Source: an uncultured virus (IMG/VR IMGVR_UViG_3300011361_000001)
Taxonomy: Duplodnaviria; Heunggongvirae; Uroviricota; Caudoviricetes
IMG/VR virus record: IMGVR_UViG_3300011361_000001
Coordinates: 124,001-188,000 of that record
Length of the DNA: 64,000 nt
Reading direction: 5' to 3' (one strand)
Within the stretch, counting starts at the first letter, position 1. Each line of letters begins with the position of its first letter. The position numbers and the translations under genes are program-made. Positions 39,608 through 47,615 of the stretch are shown here, one piece after another. The notes under the pieces were generated by a model. It was not told the DNA's origin. It saw only the letters and a program-made list of their open reading frames with translations, and made no database searches.

Positions 39608-39618
39608 GGGGTGAGTCA

Positions 39619-40377
39619 ATGGAACGTGTAGTCTATGGCTGTACGGCCCTGGTTGGCACCAATAAGACCGGGAAGCTTTCGCCTGACAGCGATGGCTACT
39701 ACGAACTGGTGCTCGGTGGGCTGGACTGCTACAACAGCGGTGGGGCATTTTACCCACTGTCTACGGCGCGTAGCTTGTTCGAGGCTTCCTCGACTCTGAT
39801 GCGTCGAATTGAAAGCGGGGCGTGCCGTGGCGAATACGGTCACCCGAAGAAAGACCCAAGCCAGAACATGGCAAGCTTCTTGCAGCGTGTATCCACCATC
39901 TACGAAGACAACGTCTGTTGCCACTTCAAAGACGTGCGGATCGAACAGAACGCTGTCAAAGACAAAGACGGTAACCGTGTGGTTGCAGTCGTGGGTCGGG
40001 TTAAGCCCAGTGGTCCGAAAGGCGAGTTCCTCCGTGCCTCCTTGGAGAGCAAGGATGAGAACGTGTGCTTCTCGGTTCGCAGCTTGACCGATGACCGGGT
40101 TGAAGGTGGACGTCTGGTTAAGAACATCCGTTCGATCATCACGTGGGACTACGTGAACGAGCCTGGGATTGCGGTCGCTAAGAAGTGGCATGCACCGTCC
40201 TTGGAATCGTTCGACGACGCAGTCTTCAGCCGGCAGATGGTTGAGAACTTAGAAGCCAGTGCTTCTGGGATCGGGATGGAGTCGGTTAACGAGATCTGCA
40301 AAACGATCTTTGTTGACTTTGGCTGGAAGAAGAAAGCCGGTTCTGAACTGGTTCTCCCACCAAGCGCCCGTTGGTAA
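39619..40377 (+). CDS. head maturation (prohead) serine protease (phiKZ gp175-like)
   Basis: GEYGHP (catalytic His), CFSVRS (catalytic Ser), TWDYVNEPGI; self-cleavage candidates PSLE and IGME. Confidence 0.9.
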   Translation: MERVVYGCTALVGTNKTGKLSPDSDGYYELVLGGLDCYNSGGAFYPLSTARSLFEASSTLMRRIESGACRGEYGHPKKDPSQNMASFLQRVSTIYEDNVCCHFKDVRIEQNAVKDKDGNRVVAVVGRVKPSGPKGEFLRASLESKDENVCFSVRSLTDDRVEGGRLVKNIRSIITWDYVNEPGIAVAKKWHAPSLESFDDAVFSRQMVENLEASASGIGMESVNEICKTIFVDFGWKKKAGSELVLPPSARW

Positions 40378-40455
40378 GTGAGCAAAGCTGCTGGGCAACC
40401 GGCAGCTTTGTTTATGCCCTCCTGATACTATGACTCCCTCCACCGGTAACTCCAC

Positions 40456-41172
40456 ATGAACGAAACAGAACTCATGGAGAAGTATATCTCCAATTTCAAC
40501 AACGGGGTCGTTGAGAACGTCACAATCGTACCTGCCACGGAACTGGGTCAACGTTGGTTGTATCACATCTCATGCGACGGCAAGATCAAGCAGTTCGTCC
40601 CGTCTCTGACCCGACGCACCGCCCAGAAAGAAGACCGTTCGGTACCACGTATTTCCACAGCCCCGACTATCATCGGTTGCATCCTAGGTTACCAGAACGA
40701 CATCAACGAGTTCTTGGACAACGACCTAGACGGTGGTTGGAAAAGTGGTTGGTATATTTACGGCTTTGAGAACGAGTGTAGCCTGCTGCCTAAGAAGAAG
40801 CTGCTCAATGATGTCAGCATCAGCGACGAACGCTGGCTGGTGCCCTACACGGCGAAGAAGTGGAGCTACCCGGCCAAGGTCGTGGGTAAGTTCTTCTATC
40901 GCACTGTGAGCACGCAGAACGTCTTGAAGGGCAAGAGTATCTGGGAGTGTGAAGTCCTCTTTGAAGTCAACCGTGGCTGCGAAGTCCGTGCCTTCAAAGG
41001 ACTGACTTTGACCGAAGGCTACTGGATCATGACCTTCACCCGGTCGATGAAAGAGTGGGACACCGAAGACGCCCAGAACGTTCGTCAGTTAACCTCTGCT
41101 GAATACAAGGGCATCAAGGTGCTACACGCTGACATGCTCTCCTATCAAGAACCCCCTAGTGCCACATGGTAA
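40456..41172 (+). CDS. head-associated conserved protein (phiKZ gp174-like)
   Basis: LYHIS..F.P....EDRSVPRIS.AP.I.GC motif; upstream TATGA; C-terminal PPSATW. Confidence 0.6.
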   Translation: MNETELMEKYISNFNNGVVENVTIVPATELGQRWLYHISCDGKIKQFVPSLTRRTAQKEDRSVPRISTAPTIIGCILGYQNDINEFLDNDLDGGWKSGWYIYGFENECSLLPKKKLLNDVSISDERWLVPYTAKKWSYPAKVVGKFFYRTVSTQNVLKGKSIWECEVLFEVNRGCEVRAFKGLTLTEGYWIMTFTRSMKEWDTEDAQNVRQLTSAEYKGIKVLHADMLSYQEPPSATW

Positions 41173-41214
41173 GCCTACCTCCCTGCCTTTCGGGGCAGGG
41201 GGTGTATGCCCATC

Positions 41215-41264
41215 GAAAATATATTTAAACCTATATTACCTATTCGAATAGATGAAGCTCATCT
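41215..41264 (+). promoter_or_regulatory. early (virion RNAP) promoter
   Basis: AT-rich run, then TATATTAC at 41232-41239 (the phiKZ early consensus), then GAATAG and a small hairpin. Confidence 0.75.
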
Positions 41265-41297
41265 CCTACACTCAACAAACTCTAAGCGAGTAGTACC

Positions 41298-42062
41298 ATG
41301 ACAACAGTAGTTTATCTAGGCGATCGTATCTTAGCCGATACTCGGTCGAGTATCAAGCAAGAAGGGTTTTTGAGTGAGAGTGGCGACAAGACGCTGTGTA
41401 ACGACCAGACCATCAAGCTAGTACCGTTTTCTGAAGGGCACTTCTGGGACGGGGACCGTGAGATCCAAATGGTTGGTGCTGCTGGTACCGTTGCAGGGAG
41501 AGACTCATTCGTCCGCTTTCTGAAGAAACTTCAGTGTCCGCTGAAAGACTTCCTGAAGAGCATGGAACATCGTGAACGACACCTGTACAACATTCTGTCG
41601 CTACAGACACCTTCAACCTTTATCCTCTGTTTGGATGACGGGTCTTCGGTTAAGGTCTTCTTCAATGACCGTCTCTGTCGTTGGATTGAACCTAACACCA
41701 AGGTCAAAGCGTGTGGTAGCGGGGCGTTCTACTTTGATGCCATCCGAGACTTGTTCGAGATTGACCCTGTGACCTTGTTCCGTCTGTCGATCACCACAGA
41801 CAAAAGCTCCAGTAGCGAACAATACATTGAGGCAGTCTATAACAGCAAAGAACGCACCTGGACTTTGGACAAGACTATCAAACGCTTTGAAGAACCCTTG
41901 GACCCTGAGGTGTTGATCAACAGTCTCCACCCTAACGTCAAGGCCATGTTCCGCACCACCTTAAACGCTCTGGATAAAGTGCCACAAGAGGTGGTGATGC
42001 CTGATGAAGACATGGGTACCATCCCTGTAAAGATCCCAGCTACCAAGAGGAAAGAGAGTTAA
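41298..42062 (+). CDS. HslV/proteasome-beta-like Ntn peptidase
   Basis: MTTVV...ADTR N-terminus (Thr nucleophile), IK, GAAG, ACGSGA and a D..S motif, as in HslV-type Ntn hydrolases. Confidence 0.7.
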   Translation: MTTVVYLGDRILADTRSSIKQEGFLSESGDKTLCNDQTIKLVPFSEGHFWDGDREIQMVGAAGTVAGRDSFVRFLKKLQCPLKDFLKSMEHRERHLYNILSLQTPSTFILCLDDGSSVKVFFNDRLCRWIEPNTKVKACGSGAFYFDAIRDLFEIDPVTLFRLSITTDKSSSSEQYIEAVYNSKERTWTLDKTIKRFEEPLDPEVLINSLHPNVKAMFRTTLNALDKVPQEVVMPDEDMGTIPVKIPATKRKES

Positions 42063-42084
42063 CCAGAACCCCGTTAGTATCGGA

Positions 42085-42141
42085 TTGAAAAGAAAGATAG
42101 ACCTATATTACCTACATGAAGATTCAGCGCTGAACCTTCTT
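42085..42141 (+). promoter_or_regulatory. early promoter
   Basis: A-rich run, TATATTAC at 42104-42111, followed by hairpin GAAGATTCAG-CG-CTGAACCTTC. Confidence 0.7.
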
Positions 42142-42231
42142 TGATGGTTGTTAGTCGATAAAAGATTATCGTCACAACCAAGGGTATGAAAGAACCCTGA
42201 TCCCCTTAAACGCAAACAAGGAAACATTGCA

Positions 42232-42711
42232 ATGTCCGACGTCAAGCAAGCAGTACAAGATCTGGCCGCCCTGATCAAGCCGATGTTCACCCTCGCCGAA
42301 AACGGTGTGGTCCTGCCGGCAGCCGATCTGTACGAGAAGTCTCTGCCCGAAGGGATCACCACCGATCAGATCAAAGCCATCCAGCAGCACAACACTGCAC
42401 TGGTTGCAGCTTCGGCTCTGGCTGTGGGCGAGATCGCCGTTGACGCATTCAAGGCCGACAAGGAACTGACCCGCGTTACTTCCGAGTTCCCGGTCGTGGG
42501 CGACAAGATCTCCACCGCTGTTATCCGCACTCGCGAATACCCAGCCGGTGGCATTCCGAAAGAAGGCGAAGTTCGCGACCCGAACGCGAAGATCGTCAAG
42601 TACGGTGTGATCGAAGCTTCGTACGAAGTTGCCAGCAATGGTAACAAAGGCGAGCTGAAGAAAGTCCGTACGCACATCGGCGCTCTGGCGCTGGCCGCTC
42701 TGGGCGAATAA
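42232..42711 (+). CDS. hypothetical protein, probably abundant and early
   Basis: Own early promoter and terminator, AAGGA RBS, strongly biased codons. Confidence 0.75.
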   Translation: MSDVKQAVQDLAALIKPMFTLAENGVVLPAADLYEKSLPEGITTDQIKAIQQHNTALVAASALAVGEIAVDAFKADKELTRVTSEFPVVGDKISTAVIRTREYPAGGIPKEGEVRDPNAKIVKYGVIEASYEVASNGNKGELKKVRTHIGALALAALGE

Positions 42712-42795
42712 CCCAAAGTAGATCCAACGGGGGGCATTCCCTCCCGTTGGGTTTTATGCTACATCGTCGCCACTTTATTTTTTTGGATACTCAAG

Positions 42796-43365
42796 ATGAT
42801 TGAACTTTACACCATCCAATTAGCACGGTGGCGATTGGCGAAGACCTTAGGGATTGAGGTTGTTGACTCAACCGTGAAATCCGGCCACTCCTTTCTGGCA
42901 CCCACATGGGACATCGTGATGGGGATCAAGCGAGGGGAGATCACAGAAGCCGAATACACGGAGCATTATCTGTCGATGCTAACGGTTAGTCTGGAACGAG
43001 AACCCAACAAATGGGCCGACCTACTGACCAAACCTAAGTTCGCGTTTGCGTGCTACTGCAGCAGCGGACGCTTCTGTCACAGGCACTTACTCTATGATTA
43101 CTTCCGATCATATGCAACACAACGGGGCATTACAGTTCAACCTTTGGGGGAGCTTACCATTGGAGCAGGTGAACGACACGGCTCTGCTCGAACACGTGTT
43201 CAAGGACACGATCTCATCCGAGCAACCGAAATGGCTAGACCAGATCAAACTGGCGTGGAAGCGCCGCAACGTACCAGGACGGATCGTCCAGGTCCAGAAA
43301 CAACTCCCACCCCTTCAGTTGACCTTCATGTGGATTCTGGGGTTCGGGGACGTCTACTTAAATGA
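42796..43365 (+). CDS. DUF488-family protein
   Basis: LAPTWD...Y...Y..ML and ACYC....CHRHLL motifs. The last ~65 aa overlap the next gene and look non-globular. Confidence 0.7.
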   Translation: MIELYTIQLARWRLAKTLGIEVVDSTVKSGHSFLAPTWDIVMGIKRGEITEAEYTEHYLSMLTVSLEREPNKWADLLTKPKFAFACYCSSGRFCHRHLLYDYFRSYATQRGITVQPLGELTIGAGERHGSARTRVQGHDLIRATEMARPDQTGVEAPQRTRTDRPGPETTPTPSVDLHVDSGVRGRLLK

Positions 43366-43483
43366 CAACGCTTTATGTTATGCCGGACTGGTCCGGTATC
43401 TAGGGGACTCCAACAAGGTGCCTGAGAAAGCGTACTTTGATGAAGTCTGGGGACAGATACGTGAGGCTGAGCTTCACGCTTAA
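43160..43483 (+). CDS. hypothetical protein (start TTG 43160 or GTG 43169)
   Basis: GGGGAG and GGAG RBS before the two candidate starts; ordinary protein composition; fills the gap to 43501. Confidence 0.55.
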   Translation: MEQVNDTALLEHVFKDTISSEQPKWLDQIKLAWKRRNVPGRIVQVQKQLPPLQLTFMWILGFGDVYLNDNALCYAGLVRYLGDSNKVPEKAYFDEVWGQIREAELHA

Positions 43484-43500
43484 CATCAAGTGAGCAGTAC

Positions 43501-44004
43501 ATGAGCAGGGAACGAGTCGCCACGACAATCACGCTGAGTTCGATTGTGCAGGGACTCTTGATCGAGGCAAAGTTACATCGTCGCAAGCATGCAGCCAACT
43601 CGGGGTTTACACCGGGTCAAATCCTAAGTGAGTTCTGTACCGTTGGGGTGAGCACACCTCGTCAAACGGGTAAGACCACCTGGATCTTGGATCAGCTGGT
43701 AGACGATGAAGAAGCGATTGCGATCATCAGTACACGGGAAGTGCAGAAACTGGTCTTTGGTGCGTATGAACAGCTCCGGGGCACCAAGCTCTCAGCATCG
43801 GTAAAGAATCGAGTCTACTCAACACGGGACATCCTAGACGCGGTCGGTGAACGCCGGATCAACCGTCCAGATGAGCTGCGTGAGACTTTCTCTAAAGTGT
43901 ACGTCGATGATGCAGCGCAGTTCTTTGACAAGGTCAGGCGCTCTGCGTTCTTCGGTCTATTGTCCAGTCGGGGTAGTGACTTGGACATCGTGTTGATCGG
44001 GTGA
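43501..44004 (+). CDS. small stand-alone P-loop protein
   Basis: TPRQTGKTT Walker A and KVYVDDA Walker B-like motif in only 167 aa. Confidence 0.65.
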   Translation: MSRERVATTITLSSIVQGLLIEAKLHRRKHAANSGFTPGQILSEFCTVGVSTPRQTGKTTWILDQLVDDEEAIAIISTREVQKLVFGAYEQLRGTKLSASVKNRVYSTRDILDAVGERRINRPDELRETFSKVYVDDAAQFFDKVRRSAFFGLLSSRGSDLDIVLIG

Positions 44005-44089
44005 TAATAGCTGTGGGGCAACCCACAGCTGTTTTATGCTCAACCACTTATAACAACCCTAAGCGTCACCTAAACTTGGAGCGACACCC

Positions 44090-44614
44090 ATGACTGAATT
44101 TACTGATTACGATGCCCTGACGATGGATAAGAAACCTCAAGTAGATGCAGGCCTTGTAGCCCGTGAGAAGCTCGAGGCTAAACGCAAATCCCGTAAAGGT
44201 CTGTGGCTAACCCTGACCGCCTTTATCCTAGGTGTGTTGATCGCACTGGGGCTTGCAGGTCACCGCGTGTACCAAGAGTACCTAAAGCCGGGTGTACGGG
44301 TCACGGACTATCGTGAGTGTCTGTACGAGGACGCCGAACGTAAGATTGAGTTGACCGGCAAACGGGAGTACTCCTACGTTCAGAAAGAGTTCTTTGGGAT
44401 TCAGTACCGTGACAGTAAGCAGGTGCTGGAGAAGACGGTGATCAATGTCCGGGGCAATGCGATGTCCATCACAGGACTCAGTGAAGGGTCTTGGCAATCG
44501 GTCTACGTCGGGGAAGGGGAACAAGGGATTCAGATCTTGATGCCTGCTGACTTGTACGTGATCAGTCTGGGTAAGAAGGTTGCGGTATTCGACTACCAAA
44601 GCTTCTGTAAGTAA
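44090..44614 (+). CDS. single-pass membrane protein
   Basis: Basic stretch, then LWLTLTAFILGVLIALGLA, then a beta-rich domain; GGAG RBS. Confidence 0.75.
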   Translation: MTEFTDYDALTMDKKPQVDAGLVAREKLEAKRKSRKGLWLTLTAFILGVLIALGLAGHRVYQEYLKPGVRVTDYRECLYEDAERKIELTGKREYSYVQKEFFGIQYRDSKQVLEKTVINVRGNAMSITGLSEGSWQSVYVGEGEQGIQILMPADLYVISLGKKVAVFDYQSFCK

Positions 44615-44666
44615 ACCGGGTGCTCACAGGGACTTAGGTCCCTGTGGGCGCTCTATGCCCGAAATG

Positions 44667-44755
44667 CCAAATAAAATTTTTTCAGATCTATATTACTAAC
44701 TTGAATAGGATACAAAAACTTGTATCTAACCCTTGTGTTCTTAGGAGAACCAACC
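44667..44755 (+). promoter_or_regulatory. early promoter and leader module, copy 1
   Basis: CCAAATAAAATTTTTTCAGATCTATATTACTAACTTGAATAG (TATATTAC at 44689-44696), a hairpin, then GTTCTTAGGAGAAC; near-identical to 57298-57386. Confidence 0.8.
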
Positions 44756-44911
44756 ATGAAAGCATTTGCCCTGTACACCCTGTCCCTTGGTTTTGGTGTT
44801 GCAGTCGTTGTAAGCACTGCCCTCACCAATACCCAACTCACTCCGACTCAGGCGTGGGAACAAAGCAGTAACCTCAAAGCTGAAATCCGTACACTCGAAG
44901 CCAATAACTAA
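44756..44911 (+). CDS. small early membrane/secreted peptide (51 aa)
   Basis: AGGAG RBS; MKAFALYTLSLGFGVAVVVSTAL hydrophobic N-terminus. Confidence 0.7.
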   Translation: MKAFALYTLSLGFGVAVVVSTALTNTQLTPTQAWEQSSNLKAEIRTLEANN

Positions 44912-44945
44912 AACAATCCCCCTCAAGTAAATAGGAATCTTAGCC

Positions 44946-45194
44946 ATGACGTTCAACATCATCCGTGTCATCTCCATCGCCGCTTGCATCGGTACTCTGA
45001 TCTCGTTGATGGGTGTTTACAACGTAACTAAGGACTTGAGCTACAAGTCCCCAATGTCCAACTGTGAGAATGGGTTTTGCGACATGACCCAAACCATCAT
45101 CGACCGCAATGGCAACTTCATCACCACTACCGCTAAGGTGTGGGTGGGCGGTACCCAAGTACAACGTGACACTCACTCCACCCTCGAGTTTTAA
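44946..45194 (+). CDS. small early membrane-anchored protein
   Basis: Hydrophobic N-terminus; CENGFC Cys pair; AGGA RBS. Confidence 0.7.
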   Translation: MTFNIIRVISIAACIGTLISLMGVYNVTKDLSYKSPMSNCENGFCDMTQTIIDRNGNFITTTAKVWVGGTQVQRDTHSTLEF

Positions 45195-45224
45195 TCAAAC
45201 CCCCAAGTTCTTAGGAGAACAAGC

Positions 45225-45581
45225 ATGAACAAGCAAATCGTACTGAACATCGTTGCTAAACTGGTTGCTGACTACAAAGGCAATGGCAGTGGTAAAATCA
45301 AGCTGAACAACTTTGCCTTCGCCGTTAAAGGTGAGGGCAAGTTCAGTGTGGAATCGCTGAATCTGGAATGGGATTTCAAGAACGTTGTGTTGAGCAAAGA
45401 GAAAGGCAACCTGACGACCTCAGGTAACAGCACTCTCAAGTTGGTGCTCACCGGTCTGAATCTGGATCACCCAGAAGGTACTTGGAGCGTTGGTGAGATT
45501 GAGATCAACTCGGTCGATGAACTGACTAACCTCAGCATCTTGCTGCCGCTCGAACAGATCCTCGATCTGGTCAAAGCCTAA
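45225..45581 (+). CDS. early hypothetical protein
   Basis: GTTCTTAGGAGAAC RBS element at 45207-45220. Confidence 0.75.
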   Translation: MNKQIVLNIVAKLVADYKGNGSGKIKLNNFAFAVKGEGKFSVESLNLEWDFKNVVLSKEKGNLTTSGNSTLKLVLTGLNLDHPEGTWSVGEIEINSVDELTNLSILLPLEQILDLVKA

Positions 45582-45607
45582 CCCCTTAAGTTCTCAGGAG
45601 AACTGCT

Positions 45608-45985
45608 ATGTCCTACACCAGCGAAAACATCAAGAAGCATCACGATGCAGCCATCGAAAAGATCAAAGCGCAAAACGGCTTGATCAAAGACGAACATCGT
45701 ACCAACGGCATGATCCAGATCACTCACGTCGGTCGGTTCCTCCAGACCCCAAGTTCCAAGAACCCGGTACTGGTGGCCCTGCTAGACGGCGTGTTGTTCT
45801 GCATCAACCACATCGACATCACCGGTGGCGACATCATGCTTAGCCGTAATTCGGTAGGTGGGACTGTCGATGCGGTCAGCTTGAGCATGCTTGAGCGTTG
45901 CCAGCGTTACAATGACGACGCCCACACCGTGGGTAAGTTCATTGAGATCGTCTCGGTAAAGAATACAGCCGCACAAGCGGCATAG
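45608..45985 (+). CDS. early hypothetical protein
   Basis: GTTCTCAGGAGAAC RBS element at 45590-45603. Confidence 0.75.
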   Translation: MSYTSENIKKHHDAAIEKIKAQNGLIKDEHRTNGMIQITHVGRFLQTPSSKNPVLVALLDGVLFCINHIDITGGDIMLSRNSVGGTVDAVSLSMLERCQRYNDDAHTVGKFIEIVSVKNTAAQAA

Positions 45986-46053
45986 CAAGAAACAGTGGCG
46001 TGGGCATCTTAGATGTCCACGTCCAAATCAACCTTAAAAAGGAAATTAGAAAA

Positions 46054-46281
46054 ATGAAAATGGAAAAAATATTAACGGTAAAACAAAGACAACTCATCAA
46101 TAACTACGTTGCACTCATCAAGGCTGGCCTGACAAAAGTCATGGCTCGTAAGATTGCACTGAGCTTGGCCATGTCGGTCATCTTCAACGTAGCGGTATCT
46201 GATCGTGGCGTCCACGTAGATACCTATCAACTCGGTCAGTGTGAAGAGAAGACAATCGTCTTTCTCTTTACGCCGGCATAA
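46054..46281 (+). CDS. early hypothetical protein
   Basis: AAGGA RBS before ATG 46054; ends at a bidirectional terminator. Confidence 0.6.
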   Translation: MKMEKILTVKQRQLINNYVALIKAGLTKVMARKIALSLAMSVIFNVAVSDRGVHVDTYQLGQCEEKTIVFLFTPA

Positions 46282-46329
46282 AAAGAAAGGGACTCACGCC
46301 CCTTTCTTTTTTTTTTTGCTTTTATGCCG
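46275..46329. terminator. bidirectional terminator
   Basis: GGCATAAAAAGAAAGGG...CCCTTTCTTTTTTTTTTT..TTTTATGCC between convergent genes. Confidence 0.75.
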
Positions 46330-47572
46330 GCTGGTCGCTTTTGATGGCCCGTGCGACTAACACCCGAGTGGCTAACGCCATCTTGATGCAGCGGTCGGTT
46401 TCATCAGCCAACGGTGAACGGTAGTACTGCGGGATGTGCTTGGAGATCGTGATCAGTTGTTTCAACGCCTTAACGTTATTGGACGACAGCTCAGCGGACT
46501 TAAGATCCAACTGCTGTACAGACTTCATCACACGGTCCAGCGCACTTGCCATCTTGCGATAAGTACCCCATCCTTCGATAACCAGTTCACAGTAACTTTC
46601 CGAGAAGCCCAGCAAGGCCTCTAAATCGCTCTGTGAGAGCTTTGCGGCGTCGGCACGTTGTAGCGGCTTACCTCCGCGCTCACGCACCACCTGCTTCGTT
46701 GCAAGGTCTGCTAGACGGGTGTAGGCCGGTGAGATCCCACGCGAACGTGGACTGGCCTTCTTCACCACGAACAATGAGGTGTTAAAGAGCAGCTCCTCAG
46801 TGGTCGAGAGTTTCTTGGCAAAGCTTTCAACCGGATGGGTCAGGGTCGAGAGCTTATTAAGCACCGTCGATTCAAACCCGTCATCGGAACTTAGGTCAGC
46901 ACCTGAGACCAGCTTGTGGTACGCATTGGCAAAAGCCATTACTTCAGCTGGGATGTCCTGCATCAGGATCTTAGCTTGCGCCACGTCTTTACGCAGGGCA
47001 GCTGTTAAGTCCCGTACTGCCTTACCATCACGGGTAAAGGCATTGCCTACGTTCTTACCGGAGAGGCTGACTTCCAAGCTTCCCTTAACCGGTGTGGCTT
47101 TAAGCTTTTGCTTTAAGCCTTGGGTACGCTTGATGCCTGACTTTGCGGTGTGGATACTACCCAGCGACACGTTAGACAACGCCGACAGGACACTGGCGAA
47201 GTTATCGTGGTACGCCTTACTGGTGAGCTTGGCCACGCTTTGCAGAGCAGGCAGGACGCTGTCCTTGAAGTCTTCACTGCTGTAGGTATCACTTTCCAAC
47301 GAAGGCAGTTCACCTAAGATGCGACCTGTTACACCTTCAAGCGCCTGAATACGTTCCAGTGCAAGAATCCCAACCCCGTGGTTTAATGCCCCGGACTGGT
47401 CTAGGTGTTCGAGTGTAACTTCCAAATGATCCAATTCATCAACCGTATCAGCCAACTCTTCCATACTCACCAACCAGTTCTGATTGGTCTGGACGATCAT
47501 GTGCAGCTGATCAATGGAGAGATTGGTTGGGCGAGGGTTGGAGCGCGCCAGTTTCTGTAACATGGGGATCAC
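46322..47572 (-). CDS. inner head protein with cleavable acidic propeptide (phiKZ gp93/gp162-like family)
   Basis: Acidic N-terminal region with VSME, LALE, PSLE and YSSE sites, then a basic helical mature part; paralogous layout to 47616..48872. Confidence 0.65.
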   Translation of the reverse strand: MIPMLQKLARSNPRPTNLSIDQLHMIVQTNQNWLVSMEELADTVDELDHLEVTLEHLDQSGALNHGVGILALERIQALEGVTGRILGELPSLESDTYSSEDFKDSVLPALQSVAKLTSKAYHDNFASVLSALSNVSLGSIHTAKSGIKRTQGLKQKLKATPVKGSLEVSLSGKNVGNAFTRDGKAVRDLTAALRKDVAQAKILMQDIPAEVMAFANAYHKLVSGADLSSDDGFESTVLNKLSTLTHPVESFAKKLSTTEELLFNTSLFVVKKASPRSRGISPAYTRLADLATKQVVRERGGKPLQRADAAKLSQSDLEALLGFSESYCELVIEGWGTYRKMASALDRVMKSVQQLDLKSAELSSNNVKALKQLITISKHIPQYYRSPLADETDRCIKMALATRVLVARAIKSDQPA

Positions 47573-47615
47573 CTAAATGAATGACAGGGTAGGAGGAGCT
47601 ACCCTGACAAAAGGG

